Assembly (NCBI GenBank): GCA_031266915.1
Contig: JAISAB010000001.1
Coordinates: 37,994 to 101,993 of the forward strand
Origin: Rickettsiales bacterium
GTDB lineage: Bacteria; Pseudomonadota; Alphaproteobacteria; Rs-D84
Direction: 5' to 3'
DNA: 64,000 bases
The stretch's first letter is position 1, and the number at the start of each line of letters is the position of its first letter. Below the pieces are notes generated by a model. The model searched no databases. It was given only the letters and a program-made list of their open reading frames with translations, and was not told the DNA's origin. A program made the translations under genes and the position numbers. Below, piece after piece: positions 41,633 to 51,623 of this stretch.

Positions 41633-41839
41633 TTATTTCAAGCCGTACGGGGCGAGTAATTTCGCCTGTCCGACCATATTGTCGTTCAAATATTGGGCCT
41701 TGGAGCCCTGGTTGTTTGCACGATTGGACTTTTTTCGCAAAAGTTTCTTATGCGCGTTGCGGGCAACGCGGATTTTTCCCGTCGCCGTTACGCTCGCACG
41801 TTTTTTCATGTACGATTTCGTTTTCATTTTATTAGGCAT
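41633..41839 (-). CDS. rpmI: 50S ribosomal protein L35
   Basis: [25 protein letters not shown]; gene order rpmI-rplT-pheST. Confidence 0.8.
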   Translation of the reverse strand: MPNKMKTKSYMKKRASVTATGKIRVARNAHKKLLRKKSNRANNQGSKAQYLNDNMVGQAKLLAPYGLK

Positions 41840-41861
41840 TTTAAAGCTCCTTGCCGTAGCC

Positions 41862-41935
41862 GTGATTCGTAATCGGTAATCGGTAATCCGAATTTTGCGG
41901 TCGGATTACGGATTACGGATTACCAGTCACGAAAT
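41862..41935. repeat. Family C long palindromic form (cgtgattcgtaatcggtaatcgg ... cggattacggattacggattac)
   Basis: Arms reverse-complementary around ttttgcggtc. Confidence 0.55.
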
Positions 41936-42077
41936 TCACCTGATGGCAATGCCTTGCCACTTCGGACCGCGTCAGAATTGCTTGTGACGCCGCAGTATTC
42001 TGACATATTGAAACAAAAAATCAAGTTTTTATTGCCAATCGCTTATTTAAGGGTTAGACTGGTGCACAGAGAATAGG

Positions 42078-42905
42078 TTGGCGATGAACCAGAAAAAAAT
42101 ATCTTCCAAAGTGCTGTCTTATGCGAAATCGGCGCTGGCCGCGGCTGTTTTGCCGGTCTTTTTGATATATGTCATGATTGACAAGCCCGATTACAAGATT
42201 ATCGGCGCCATGTCGCACATTGTCCTGCCGGCGGCGAACTGGGTCGGCGATGTCGTGTCGTGGCCGATACGGGCCGTGGCCAGCGGCGTGGCGGGAATAC
42301 GCGAGCTGTCCAATCTGCGCGGCGAGAACGAAGAACTGCGCGCCAAATTGGACCAGGCCCTGCGCATGCGCAACGAATGCGGCGTGGCAATTTCGGAAAA
42401 CCAAAGGCTGGCCCGAGAGCTGGACATGGTCCGCGCGTCGCCGCAAAAGGCGGTCGCTGCGCTGGTTTCCTATAACAACGACGCGTTTCACCACAGCACG
42501 TTTTTCATAGACAAGGGCGCGCGCGCCGGCATCGAGCCCGGCATGGCCGTCGTTTCGTTTGACGGGCGGCTGGCGGGCATCGTCATCGACGCGGGGCCGA
42601 CCTTTGCCAAGGTCCGCAGCCTGACGGATTCGAAATCGAACATACCCGTCCGCGTCGCCGGGTCCGAGGTCTACGGTTTTCTGCAGGGCAGCGGTTCCGG
42701 CGACCCGACGATGGGATTTTTCAGCGACCCTGAATTCCAGCCAACCCGGGGCTTGAAACTGGTCACCAGCAACATCCGCGGCGTGCTGCCCGACGGAATA
42801 ATCGTGGGCGAGATGTCCAATTCGACGGACGCGTCCGTTCTGCGCCCGACGCGCATGTCCAGCGTTATGGTTCTGCAGTTCGACGGCAAGGACAAATACA
42901 AATAG
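42078..42905 (+). CDS. mreC: Rod shape-determining protein MreC
   Basis: N-terminal TM, coiled coil LRGENEELRAKLDQAL, beta-rich C-terminal domain; followed by mreD-mrdA-rodA. Confidence 0.8.
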   Translation: MAMNQKKISSKVLSYAKSALAAAVLPVFLIYVMIDKPDYKIIGAMSHIVLPAANWVGDVVSWPIRAVASGVAGIRELSNLRGENEELRAKLDQALRMRNECGVAISENQRLARELDMVRASPQKAVAALVSYNNDAFHHSTFFIDKGARAGIEPGMAVVSFDGRLAGIVIDAGPTFAKVRSLTDSKSNIPVRVAGSEVYGFLQGSGSGDPTMGFFSDPEFQPTRGLKLVTSNIRGVLPDGIIVGEMSNSTDASVLRPTRMSSVMVLQFDGKDKYK

Positions 42906-43005
42906 TGAATAGTGATTAGTGCATAGTTTATAGTGACTAGCGGGCTAGCTACAACACTGCAAACTAAACACTAAGCACTATAAACTAAACACTATAAACT
43001 AATGG
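42903..43005. repeat. Family A element
   Basis: atagtgaatagtgattagtgcatagtttatagtgactag...cactataaactaaacactataaactaatgg. Confidence 0.55.
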
Positions 43006-43442
43006 TTTACTTGAAACGCCTTTTTCCGTTCTTCGCTGTGCTGTTGCTGTGGCGGCTGTCGTTTCCGTTTTGGAATCCGGGCGGCATTCTGGCCCTGATT
43101 CCGATTTTTTATTATTCCTTTATCAAACCTGTCGACTGGTTTGTCCTTTTCGCGGCCGCCTTTTGTTTTCTGATTGACTACAAGTCCGACACGCTGCTGT
43201 TCTGGACGGCCGTCTATTGCTTTTTCTACTCCGTCAACGGCTTTCAGAACTTCGTCGATTTGACGCGGCAGAAAAACGATGGACTGCCGGTGTTTATGGC
43301 GTATTTCGGCGTCCCGGCGCTGATTCTGGCCGCCGTGGGATGGACCTGGGTCGGCTTTATCCGCGCCGCGTGGCTGCTGTGCTGGCTAAGCGTCCTATAC
43401 ATTCCTTTCGCGGCGCTGGCAAAAAGGGTGAACGATGATTGA
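43002..43442 (+). CDS. mreD: Rod shape-determining protein MreD (polytopic membrane protein)
   Basis: 146 aa, five hydrophobic segments; position between mreC and mrdA. Confidence 0.6.
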   Translation: MVYLKRLFPFFAVLLLWRLSFPFWNPGGILALIPIFYYSFIKPVDWFVLFAAAFCFLIDYKSDTLLFWTAVYCFFYSVNGFQNFVDLTRQKNDGLPVFMAYFGVPALILAAVGWTWVGFIRAAWLLCWLSVLYIPFAALAKRVNDD

Positions 43443-45210
43443 CACCGAAGTCGCGCGCCTTTTCGACAGACGCTCGGCCCTGTTTCTGACAACGGGCGCG
43501 GTTCTGACGTCCGCGTTGGTGCTGCGCATGCTGCAGATGCAGTTCTTCGGCTATAACGAGTACAAGCGCAAATCCGAAAACAATTCCTTTCGCATTCAAA
43601 TCAACATGCCCGAGCGCGGAAAAATACTCAGCGCGTCCGGCGCGCCCATTTCGCGCGACACGCCCATTTATCGGATTTATATTATTCCCGAAGAGGCCGA
43701 AGACCTGGACGCGCTGATTGGCCTGGTCGCGCGCGAGTTGAAACTGAATAAAAAGAAATCGGACAGAATCCACGCCAGGATTCGCCGCCAGGCCCGGTTC
43801 CAGCCTGTCTTGGTCAGCGAGAATTCCGACTGGAACAAACTGGCCGAACTGCAGGCGCAGAATCTTCCCGGCCTGCATATCCGCAGCGGATTCGCGCGCG
43901 TCTACGAATTGGGGCCGGCCGGCGCTCAGGTCTTCGGCTATGTCGGCATGCCGGACAAGCCCGTGGCCAACGCGCCGTTCTATACCGCCGGCATAACTGG
44001 GCTGGAAAAAACGTTCAACACAGAATTGCTGGGCGCGCCCGGCCAGACCGTCATGATTGCCAACGCCGTCGGGCGCATCACCGGCGAGGACAAGTCCCAA
44101 TTCATCGAGGCCCAAAGCGGCGAAAGCATTAAAACGACGATTGTCGACGGCGTTCAAAAGAAACTGTACGACGCGCTGTCGATGCAGCGCTCTGGGTGCG
44201 GCGCGGCGATTGAAATCGCGACGGGCAATGTTGTCGCGATGGTGTCGACCCCCAGCTTCGACCCGAACAATTTCCGCAACGACGACGGCGAGGAATACAT
44301 CGCCGAACTGCGTAAGGACGCCGCCAAGCCATTTATGAACAAGGCGCTGGAGGGATTGTATCCGCCGGGCTCGACATTTAAAATCGTCGTGGCGCTGGCG
44401 GCGCTGGAATCGGGCGCCGTGACGCCGGGCGAAAAAATCTTCTGCCCGGGCCACTGGGATTACGGCGACCGGCGGTACCACTGCTGGGAATCGAAAGGTC
44501 ATGGGCACGTCGACCTGGTTGGCGCGCTGAAGCATTCGTGCGACACGTACTTTTACCAAATCGCGCTGCGCATCGGAATCGACGCAATAAAATCCATGGC
44601 GCTGCGGCTGGGGCTGGCGGAAACGTTCATGCACGACATATTGCCGCGGGAAATGGCCGGCGTCGTTCCGGACAGATTGTGGAAAGAAAAACACGTCGGC
44701 GCACGCTGGGTGCACGGCGATACCATTATTTCGGGAATCGGCCAGGGATTCATCCTGTCCAATTGCCTGCAGCTGGCGGTCATGATGGCGCGCGCGGCCA
44801 GCAACAGCGCCATAGTGCCGCGCCTGGTGGCCGGCGGCGACGGGCGGGCCGCGGGATTCGGCCCCTTGGGGCTGCAGAAGAAAAACATCGACATCGTGCT
44901 GAAAGGCCTGGAACAGGTCACGCAGCCTGGCGGCACCGCCGCGGGCGGCGCCATCAATGTCGGCGGAAAAAAGATGGGTGGCAAGACCGGCACGTCCCAG
45001 GTGCGCAGCATTTCGCGCAGCGAACGCGACAGCGGCGTTTTGTCCAACGAGCAGTTGAAATGGAACCTGCGGAATCACGGACTGTTCGTCGGATACGCGC
45101 CGACCGTCAATCCCAGGTACGCCGTCTGCGCGATTACGGAACACTCGGGCGGCTCGGGTCCGGCGGCGCGCGCCGCGGCGGCCGCAATGAGGGAACTATT
45201 AAAGTCGTGA
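43435..45210 (+). CDS. mrdA: Penicillin-binding protein 2 (peptidoglycan D,D-transpeptidase MrdA)
   Basis: STFK active-site serine motif (YPPGSTFKIVVALAALE), SCD, KTG; 591 aa. Confidence 0.9.
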   Translation: MIDTEVARLFDRRSALFLTTGAVLTSALVLRMLQMQFFGYNEYKRKSENNSFRIQINMPERGKILSASGAPISRDTPIYRIYIIPEEAEDLDALIGLVARELKLNKKKSDRIHARIRRQARFQPVLVSENSDWNKLAELQAQNLPGLHIRSGFARVYELGPAGAQVFGYVGMPDKPVANAPFYTAGITGLEKTFNTELLGAPGQTVMIANAVGRITGEDKSQFIEAQSGESIKTTIVDGVQKKLYDALSMQRSGCGAAIEIATGNVVAMVSTPSFDPNNFRNDDGEEYIAELRKDAAKPFMNKALEGLYPPGSTFKIVVALAALESGAVTPGEKIFCPGHWDYGDRRYHCWESKGHGHVDLVGALKHSCDTYFYQIALRIGIDAIKSMALRLGLAETFMHDILPREMAGVVPDRLWKEKHVGARWVHGDTIISGIGQGFILSNCLQLAVMMARAASNSAIVPRLVAGGDGRAAGFGPLGLQKKNIDIVLKGLEQVTQPGGTAAGGAINVGGKKMGGKTGTSQVRSISRSERDSGVLSNEQLKWNLRNHGLFVGYAPTVNPRYAVCAITEHSGGSGPAARAAAAAMRELLKS

Positions 45211-45285
45211 TTGGTAATTGGTAATCCGTAATCGGTAATTCGAACATTGCGGTCGGATTACCGATTACGAATCACGAGTCACGGC
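45208..45285. repeat. Family C long palindromic form
   Basis: gtgattggtaattggtaatccgtaatcggtaattcgaacattgcggtcggattaccgattacgaatcacgagtcacg. Confidence 0.55.
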
Positions 45286-45307
45286 GAAAATACGGAGTAT
45301 TTTTGCA

Positions 45308-46453
45308 ATGTCCAGACAAACCAGAGTCTCTAATGCGAACATGATGACGATGGCGGAAAAGCTGAAGCGTTTTTCGCCGGCGCTGTTTGTGTCCATGATC
45401 TTGGCGATGGCGGTTTCGCTGATTGTTCTGTATTCGGCGGGCGGCGGCTCGTGGCGGCCGTTCGCGTTGTCGCAGATGGGCAAGATGGCCGTGGGATTCG
45501 CCGTTTTCTTTTTCGCAGCGTTTTCGAACATCAAGCTGTGGATAAAATCGGCCTATCTCATTTACGCGGCCGCGCTGATACTGATTGTGCTGGTCACGTT
45601 CGTGGGCCATACGGGAATGGGCGCGCAGCGGTGGCTGGATTTCGGCGTGTTTCATTTCCAGCCGTCCGAATTTATAAAAATCGCGCTGGTGCTAGTGCTG
45701 GCGCGCTATTTCGCCTGGATGAACTCTGTCGAATCGACCAAGCTGGAAAACTATCTGATTCCGGCGGGCCTGGTGCTGGTGCCGTTCGCGCTGATTGCGG
45801 CCCAGCCTGATTTGGGCACGGCGCTGTCGCTGGGGATGATTGCGGCCGGCATGCTTTATATTGCGGGCGCGCAAAAGAAATGGTTCGCCATCATGGCGAT
45901 ACTGGCGGTTCTGGCCGCGCCGGCGGTGTGGTTCGGCGGCCTGCACGATTACCAGCGCGAGCGCATCGTCACGTTCGTCGACCCGGGCCACGACGCACGC
46001 GGGTCGGGGTACCAGATAAACCAGGCCAAAATCGCGTTCGGTTCCGGCGGTATGGTCGGCAAGGGATACCTGTCCGGCACCCAGTCCCAGCAGCAGTTCC
46101 TGCCGGAAAAACAGACCGACTTTATCTTCACCATGCTGGGCGAGGAATTCGGATTCGCGGGCGCGGCGTCGCTGCTGCTGTTGTACGGCGCCATCGTGGC
46201 GTTCCTGTTCTGGACGGCCAAAACGTGCCGGAACAGATTCGGCCAACTGTTGTGTTTTGGATTTATGTTGAATTTTTTCATTTATTACTTTATAAATATT
46301 TCCATGGTTTTGGGTCTGATGCCGACGGTGGGGGTGCCGCTGCCGCTGATGTCGTTCGGGGGCAGTTCGCTGCTGTCGCTGATGTTCGGGTTCGGCCTGT
46401 GCCAGAACGCGCATATAAACAAAGACCAGCAGCTTTCAGCAAAAGGCTTTTAG
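45308..46453 (+). CDS. rodA: Peptidoglycan glycosyltransferase RodA (SEDS family)
   Basis: 381 aa, about 10 TM; GHTGMGAQRWLDFGVFHFQPSEF typical of FtsW/RodA. Confidence 0.9.
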   Translation: MSRQTRVSNANMMTMAEKLKRFSPALFVSMILAMAVSLIVLYSAGGGSWRPFALSQMGKMAVGFAVFFFAAFSNIKLWIKSAYLIYAAALILIVLVTFVGHTGMGAQRWLDFGVFHFQPSEFIKIALVLVLARYFAWMNSVESTKLENYLIPAGLVLVPFALIAAQPDLGTALSLGMIAAGMLYIAGAQKKWFAIMAILAVLAAPAVWFGGLHDYQRERIVTFVDPGHDARGSGYQINQAKIAFGSGGMVGKGYLSGTQSQQQFLPEKQTDFIFTMLGEEFGFAGAASLLLLYGAIVAFLFWTAKTCRNRFGQLLCFGFMLNFFIYYFINISMVLGLMPTVGVPLPLMSFGGSSLLSLMFGFGLCQNAHINKDQQLSAKGF

Positions 46454-46467
46454 CCTTTTGCTGAAAG
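46433..46467. other. Perfect 15-bp-arm stem-loop spanning the rodA stop (ctttcagcaaaaggc / gccttttgctgaaag)
   Basis: Read directly; no T-run follows. Confidence 0.4.
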
Positions 46468-46542
46468 CAATTAAGAATTAATAATTAAGAATTACATTTG
46501 CAAATTTAATTATTAATTCTTAACTCTTAATTCTTAATTAAA
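46468..46542. repeat. Family B aattaagaattaa palindromic element
   Basis: aattaagaattaataattaagaattacatttgcaaatttaattattaattcttaactcttaattcttaatt. Confidence 0.6.
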
Positions 46543-46556
46543 TAAACGAGTTTGAA

Positions 46557-48818
46557 ATGAAATTATTAATCGTAGAATCTCCGTCCAAGGCGAAAACCAT
46601 CGGAAAATATCTGGGGGCGGGATGGCGCGTCGTCGCGTCGGTCGGCCATGTGCGCGACCTGGTGCCTGAAAACGGCAGCGTGGATGTCGACAACGACTTC
46701 GCCATGAAATGGCAGATTATGCCCGGCAAGGAAAAACAAATCAAACAGATTACCGACGAATTGAAAAAGGCCGACGCGGTATATCTGGCGTCCGACCCCG
46801 ACCGCGAGGGCGAAGCAATCGCCTGGCACATCCTGGATATTCTGAAAGACAAAAAGGCGCTGAACGGAAAAACTGTCTACCGCGTCGCGTTCCATGAAAT
46901 CACGAAAAAGGCCGTTCTGGCCGCGCTGGAAAATCCGCGCGAAATCGACGGGAATTTGGTCGACGCGTATCTGGTCCGGCGCGCGCTGGATTATCTGATT
47001 GGATTCGGAGTCTCGCCGCTGCTGTGGCGCAAGCATCTGGGCCGCAGCGCGGGCCGCGTGCAATCGGTCGCGGTCAAGCTGGTCGTTGACCGCGAGCGCG
47101 AAATCGAGGCCTTCCGCGCCAAAGAATACTGGTCGCTGGAGGCTGACTGTCTGAAAGAAAAATCCGCATTCGTGGCAAAACTGTCGCAGTTCGATGGCAA
47201 GAAAATCGAAAAGATGTCTATCGAGAACAAAGAACAGATGGACAAAATCCTGTCTGTGCTGCGTGTACCGATTGCCGCGTCCGTCACGAACATAGAAAAG
47301 AAAAAAATCAGCCGACGGCCGGCCGCGCCGTTCACGACGTCGACCCTGCAGCAAGAGGCCGCGCGCAAACTGTACTTCTCGTCCAAGCGCACCATGTCCG
47401 CCGCCCAGAAATTGTACGAGCAGGGCCTTATCACCTACATGCGCACCGACGCGACGAATTTGTCCGCGGACAGCGTGGCCGACATCCGCGGATTTATTTC
47501 CGGAAACTACGGCGCCGCGTTCCTGCCGAAAACGCCGAACGTCTACGTCACAAAATCCAAGAACGCGCAAGAGGCGCACGAGGCCATACGCCCCACGCAT
47601 TTTGAATCGGCGGCGCGCGACCTAGCCGGCGACGAAGCGAAACTCTACGACCTGATTTGGAAACGCACAATCGCGTGCCAGATGACGAACGCCGAATTCG
47701 ATTCCGTGGCCGTCGACATAACCGAATCCAACAGCGGCGCCGTTTTCCACGCGGTCGGCACGACTCGCACCTTTGACGGATTTATGAAAGTCTATATCGA
47801 AGACAGTGACGACGCGGTCGACGAAGACGGCGAAACCCGGTTGCCGGCGCTGGCGGTCGGCGACAGCGTCTCGATTGAAAAGCTGAATCCGAACCAGCAC
47901 TTCACCCAGCCGCCCGCCAGATATACCGAGGCGTCTTTGGTCAAAAAACTGGAAGAACTTGGCATCGGCCGCCCATCCACGTACGCGGCGATTATGTCGA
48001 CCATCGTCGACCGCGATTATGTCGAACAAGACAAACAGCGCCGTTTTCACCCGACAGACGGCGGGTGGATTATTGCCGCCTATCTGAACAAATACTTCGC
48101 CGATTTAATCGACGTGAACTTCACAGCCAGGACCGAAGATATTCTGGACGACGTGTCGAACGGCGCAGCGAAAAAGATTCCGGCGCTGCAAGGCTTTTGG
48201 AATCCGACGCACACGATGATTGAATCGGCCCGGAATATCACCACGACCGAGATTATCGACGTGCTGAATCAAAACCTGCGCGCCCATCTGTTCGGCGACG
48301 GCGACGACAAATGCCCCGAATGCGGCGGAAATCTGGGCTTAAAATTGTCCAAGTACGGCGCGTTTATCGGATGTTCGAATTATCCGGCGTGCAAGTACAC
48401 CCGGCGCCTGGACACGGCGGCCGACGGCGTGATTCATGACACGTCCGAAGAAAAGAATTCGCCGGCGTCCGTCGCGCTGTCCGACGCGATTCAATACAAG
48501 GTCGGACGTTACGGCCCGTATGTGACAGACGGCAAAAAGAACGCGTCCGCCAAGGGCTATACGGCGGAAACCATAACGTTGGACATCGCGAACGAATTGC
48601 TGTCTGCCGAAAAGAAAAAGGCCGAAAGCATCGAATTGGGCGAAAATCCCAAGACCGGAAAAACGATTCTATACTATCCGTCGGGACGCTTCGGCGCATA
48701 TATTTCCAGCAACAAAGTCAATGTTTCGGTCAAGGAACAGCCAACGCTGGACCAGGCCGCCGAATTAATCAACAACAAGAAACCCGGCGTCAAGCGCGGT
48801 TTCACCAAGAAGAAATAA
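46557..48818 (+). CDS. topA: DNA topoisomerase I
   Basis: Toprim N-terminus LLIVESPSKAKTIGKYLG; C-terminal zinc ribbon CPECGG...CSNYPACKYT; 753 aa. Confidence 0.9.
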   Translation: MKLLIVESPSKAKTIGKYLGAGWRVVASVGHVRDLVPENGSVDVDNDFAMKWQIMPGKEKQIKQITDELKKADAVYLASDPDREGEAIAWHILDILKDKKALNGKTVYRVAFHEITKKAVLAALENPREIDGNLVDAYLVRRALDYLIGFGVSPLLWRKHLGRSAGRVQSVAVKLVVDREREIEAFRAKEYWSLEADCLKEKSAFVAKLSQFDGKKIEKMSIENKEQMDKILSVLRVPIAASVTNIEKKKISRRPAAPFTTSTLQQEAARKLYFSSKRTMSAAQKLYEQGLITYMRTDATNLSADSVADIRGFISGNYGAAFLPKTPNVYVTKSKNAQEAHEAIRPTHFESAARDLAGDEAKLYDLIWKRTIACQMTNAEFDSVAVDITESNSGAVFHAVGTTRTFDGFMKVYIEDSDDAVDEDGETRLPALAVGDSVSIEKLNPNQHFTQPPARYTEASLVKKLEELGIGRPSTYAAIMSTIVDRDYVEQDKQRRFHPTDGGWIIAAYLNKYFADLIDVNFTARTEDILDDVSNGAAKKIPALQGFWNPTHTMIESARNITTTEIIDVLNQNLRAHLFGDGDDKCPECGGNLGLKLSKYGAFIGCSNYPACKYTRRLDTAADGVIHDTSEEKNSPASVALSDAIQYKVGRYGPYVTDGKKNASAKGYTAETITLDIANELLSAEKKKAESIELGENPKTGKTILYYPSGRFGAYISSNKVNVSVKEQPTLDQAAELINNKKPGVKRGFTKKK

Positions 48819-50449
48819 TGGCTTCATTCGGCAGCAATTTCACAGACGAACTACGCGCGCGTTTATCGATTGTGGACGTTGTGGGCCGGCGCGTGCCGCT
48901 GGTCAAAAAGGGTCAGAAATTCTGGGGATGCTGTCCGTTCCACAACGAAAAAACACCCAGCTTTACCGTGGACGAGGAACGCGGCCGCTATCACTGCTTC
49001 GGCTGCGGCGAACATGGCGACATAATCTCGTTCGTGATGAAGACCAACAATATGGATTTCAAGGCCGCCATCGCCGAGCTTGCGCAACAGGCCGGATTAA
49101 AACTGCCTGATTACAAACCAAAATCCGCCACGCAAATCGCGGCCGAGGAAAATTATTTTTCCATATCCGAATCAGCGGCGAAAATATACCAGCAGAAACT
49201 GTTCGACGCGGACGGCGCGCACGCATTGGAATATATAAAAAAGCGCGGATTCAGTGCGGATACAATCAAAAAATATCGCCTGGGGTACGCGCCGAAAAAC
49301 AATATAATATCCGCCAAATTCAGTAATACGAAAATTGAAAATTTAATGGCGACGGGCCTTGTGCGCCAGGGAAATTACGGTCCGTACGATTTCTTTCGCG
49401 AAAAGTTAATGTTCCCGATTTTCAATCCAGCGGGCCAGGTCATCGCCTTTTCCGGCCGCAGCCTGGACGGCAGCGAACCGAAATACATCAACACGTCCGA
49501 CACCGAAATGTTTCATAAAAGGGGCACCGTGTTCGGGCTGAACTTCGCGCGGGACGCCATCCACAGAAAAAACCGCAGCATCGTGGTCGAGGGCCAAATC
49601 GACGCAATCCAAATGCAGGTCCACGGATTCGGCGAGACAGTCGCACCGCTGGGCACCGCACTGACCGAGGAACACATAGCAATACTGTGCAAATTAAACC
49701 GCAATATAATATTCTGTTTTGACGGCGACACTGCCGGGCAAAAGGCCGCGGCGCGCGCCTGCGGCATCGTGCTGTCATTCGTGCGCGACACGTCGGACAT
49801 CCGCTTCGCCTTTATGCCGCGCGGCGCGGACCCGGACGAAGTTTTAAAATCGCCCGGCGGCGCGAACGCAATGGCGAAAATCATCGACAGCGCCCAGCAC
49901 CTGACCGACTATTTCTGGGACATGGCGAACAAATCCTTTGTCACGGCCACGCCGGGCGGCCGGACCCAAGCTGAGAAATTTATTAAAAAAGAATTGGAAA
50001 AAATCACGGATTCCGCCTTGCGCGGCGAATTCGAAAAGGAATACAATACCCGAAAATTCAACCAATGGCACAAATGGACCAGGACCAAAGGCGATGGGCA
50101 AAAAGCCCCGATTCCCAGCGTCGACGCGCTGACGCAAAAAACGCTGGGCGGCATTTGCGCCGCATACCCCGAACTGATTGAAAAGCACGCCGAATTTTTT
50201 ATCAGCGCCGGTATTAACCTTGACACCGACGAATTACCCGATACCCAATACCCATTACCCATCGAGGACGCCGAAAAGTTTATCGTGTCGCTGAAGTTGA
50301 AAAAGTATTTGGAAAAATTGAAAATTGAAAAACGCGAATTGACGAACAAATTGCTGACAGGCGATGAAACGGCGCGCGGCCGGATTTCCGCCATCGACGC
50401 CGAGATTGATAAATCGTCGCAGCGCTTGAATTTGATAACTGGGGACTGA
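48818..50449 (+). CDS. dnaG: DNA primase
   Basis: Zinc-binding CPFHNEKTPSFTV...YHCFGCGEHGD; Toprim EGQIDAIQ and DGDTAGQKAA. Confidence 0.9.
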   Translation: MASFGSNFTDELRARLSIVDVVGRRVPLVKKGQKFWGCCPFHNEKTPSFTVDEERGRYHCFGCGEHGDIISFVMKTNNMDFKAAIAELAQQAGLKLPDYKPKSATQIAAEENYFSISESAAKIYQQKLFDADGAHALEYIKKRGFSADTIKKYRLGYAPKNNIISAKFSNTKIENLMATGLVRQGNYGPYDFFREKLMFPIFNPAGQVIAFSGRSLDGSEPKYINTSDTEMFHKRGTVFGLNFARDAIHRKNRSIVVEGQIDAIQMQVHGFGETVAPLGTALTEEHIAILCKLNRNIIFCFDGDTAGQKAAARACGIVLSFVRDTSDIRFAFMPRGADPDEVLKSPGGANAMAKIIDSAQHLTDYFWDMANKSFVTATPGGRTQAEKFIKKELEKITDSALRGEFEKEYNTRKFNQWHKWTRTKGDGQKAPIPSVDALTQKTLGGICAAYPELIEKHAEFFISAGINLDTDELPDTQYPLPIEDAEKFIVSLKLKKYLEKLKIEKRELTNKLLTGDETARGRISAIDAEIDKSSQRLNLITGD

Positions 50450-50490
50450 CACGGCCCGCGCGTACGACCTTGAATTGATGTTTTGTCATC

Positions 50491-50549
50491 TTACGAGTCA
50501 CGAGTTACGAATCACGAAAAAAACCGGTCTTTTTGCCGGCTTTTTAATT
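50491..50549. repeat. Family C repeat plus weak hairpin/T-run
   Basis: cttacgagtcacgagttacgaatcacgaaaaaaaccggtctttttgccggcttttt. Confidence 0.4.
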
Positions 50550-51623
50550 ATTGAACAAGAAATGACAAATGTCGCCGTCGTTCATGATGTAATCGCGACC
50601 GACCAGTTTCATTTTGCCGGCCTCTTTGACGGCCGTTTCGCTGCCGAGCGCGATATAGTCCGCCGGCGTTATAACCTCGGCCCGGATAAAGCCCTTTTCG
50701 AAATCAGTATGGATTTTTCCGGCCGCCTGGGGCGCGGTCATGCCGCGGCTGATTGTCCAGGCATGCGCCTCTTTCGGGCCGATTGTATAAAACGTCTGCA
50801 ACCCCAAAGTCTCGTATCCGGTGCGAATCACCTTGTCCAGTCCAGATTCGGACAATCCCAATTCGTCCAGGAACATCCGGCGTTCGGCCACGTCAACAAT
50901 CTGGGAAATTTCCATTTCGATTTTGCCCGATATTACCAGCACCGGCGCGGCGCCGGCGAATTTGTCCGCGACCTGTTTCGAATAGCTGTTGCCGGCCGCA
51001 GCCGCGCTTTCTTCAACGTTGCAGACGTAAATCACCGGCTTTTTTGTTAATAAATTAAAAGGCGTCGCATCGACGGATTGCGCGCGTGCCGGAATTCCGG
51101 CATCCAGGCCCTTTTTCAATTCATTTGCATCGGCCAGCAGTTTCGCGGCATCTTTATCCAAACCGCGGGCCTTTTTTTCCAAGTTCTTAATCTGTTTGTC
51201 CAGGGATTCCAAATCGGCCAGCATCAGTTCGGTTTCGATTGTCTCGATATCCGACAGCGGGTCGATTTTTCCATCCACATGAACGATGTCGTCGTTCTGA
51301 AAACACCGGACTACATGAATTATCGCGTCCGTCGCCAGAATGTTGCCCAAGAATTTGTTGCCTAATCCCTCGCCGGCCGAGGCGCCCCGCACCAAGCCGG
51401 CGATGTCCACGATTTCCAATTGCGTCGGCAGAATTTTGGCCGAGCCCGCGACCCGCGCCAAATCATGTAGCGTCGCATCCGGCACGACGACGCGGCCGGT
51501 GTTCGGCTCGATAGTGCAGAATGGATAATTCTGCGCATCGGCCGCCGCGCTGGCCGTCAGCGCATTAAACAAAGTCGATTTCCCGACATTCGGCAATCCG
51601 ACAATTCCGCAGTTGAATCCCAT
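50544..51623 (-). CDS. ychF: Ribosome-binding ATPase YchF
   Basis: CGIVGLPNVGKSTLFNALT G1 motif; 359 aa; TGS-like C-terminus. Confidence 0.9.
   Translation of the reverse strand: MGFNCGIVGLPNVGKSTLFNALTASAAADAQNYPFCTIEPNTGRVVVPDATLHDLARVAGSAKILPTQLEIVDIAGLVRGASAGEGLGNKFLGNILATDAIIHVVRCFQNDDIVHVDGKIDPLSDIETIETELMLADLESLDKQIKNLEKKARGLDKDAAKLLADANELKKGLDAGIPARAQSVDATPFNLLTKKPVIYVCNVEESAAAAGNSYSKQVADKFAGAAPVLVISGKIEMEISQIVDVAERRMFLDELGLSESGLDKVIRTGYETLGLQTFYTIGPKEAHAWTISRGMTAPQAAGKIHTDFEKGFIRAEVITPADYIALGSETAVKEAGKMKLVGRDYIMNDGDICHFLFNN

Noticed and set aside
43357-45144. 595-aa minus-strand ORF
   Set aside because: It is antisense to mrdA.
46566-47600. 344-aa minus-strand ORF
   Set aside because: It is antisense to topA.
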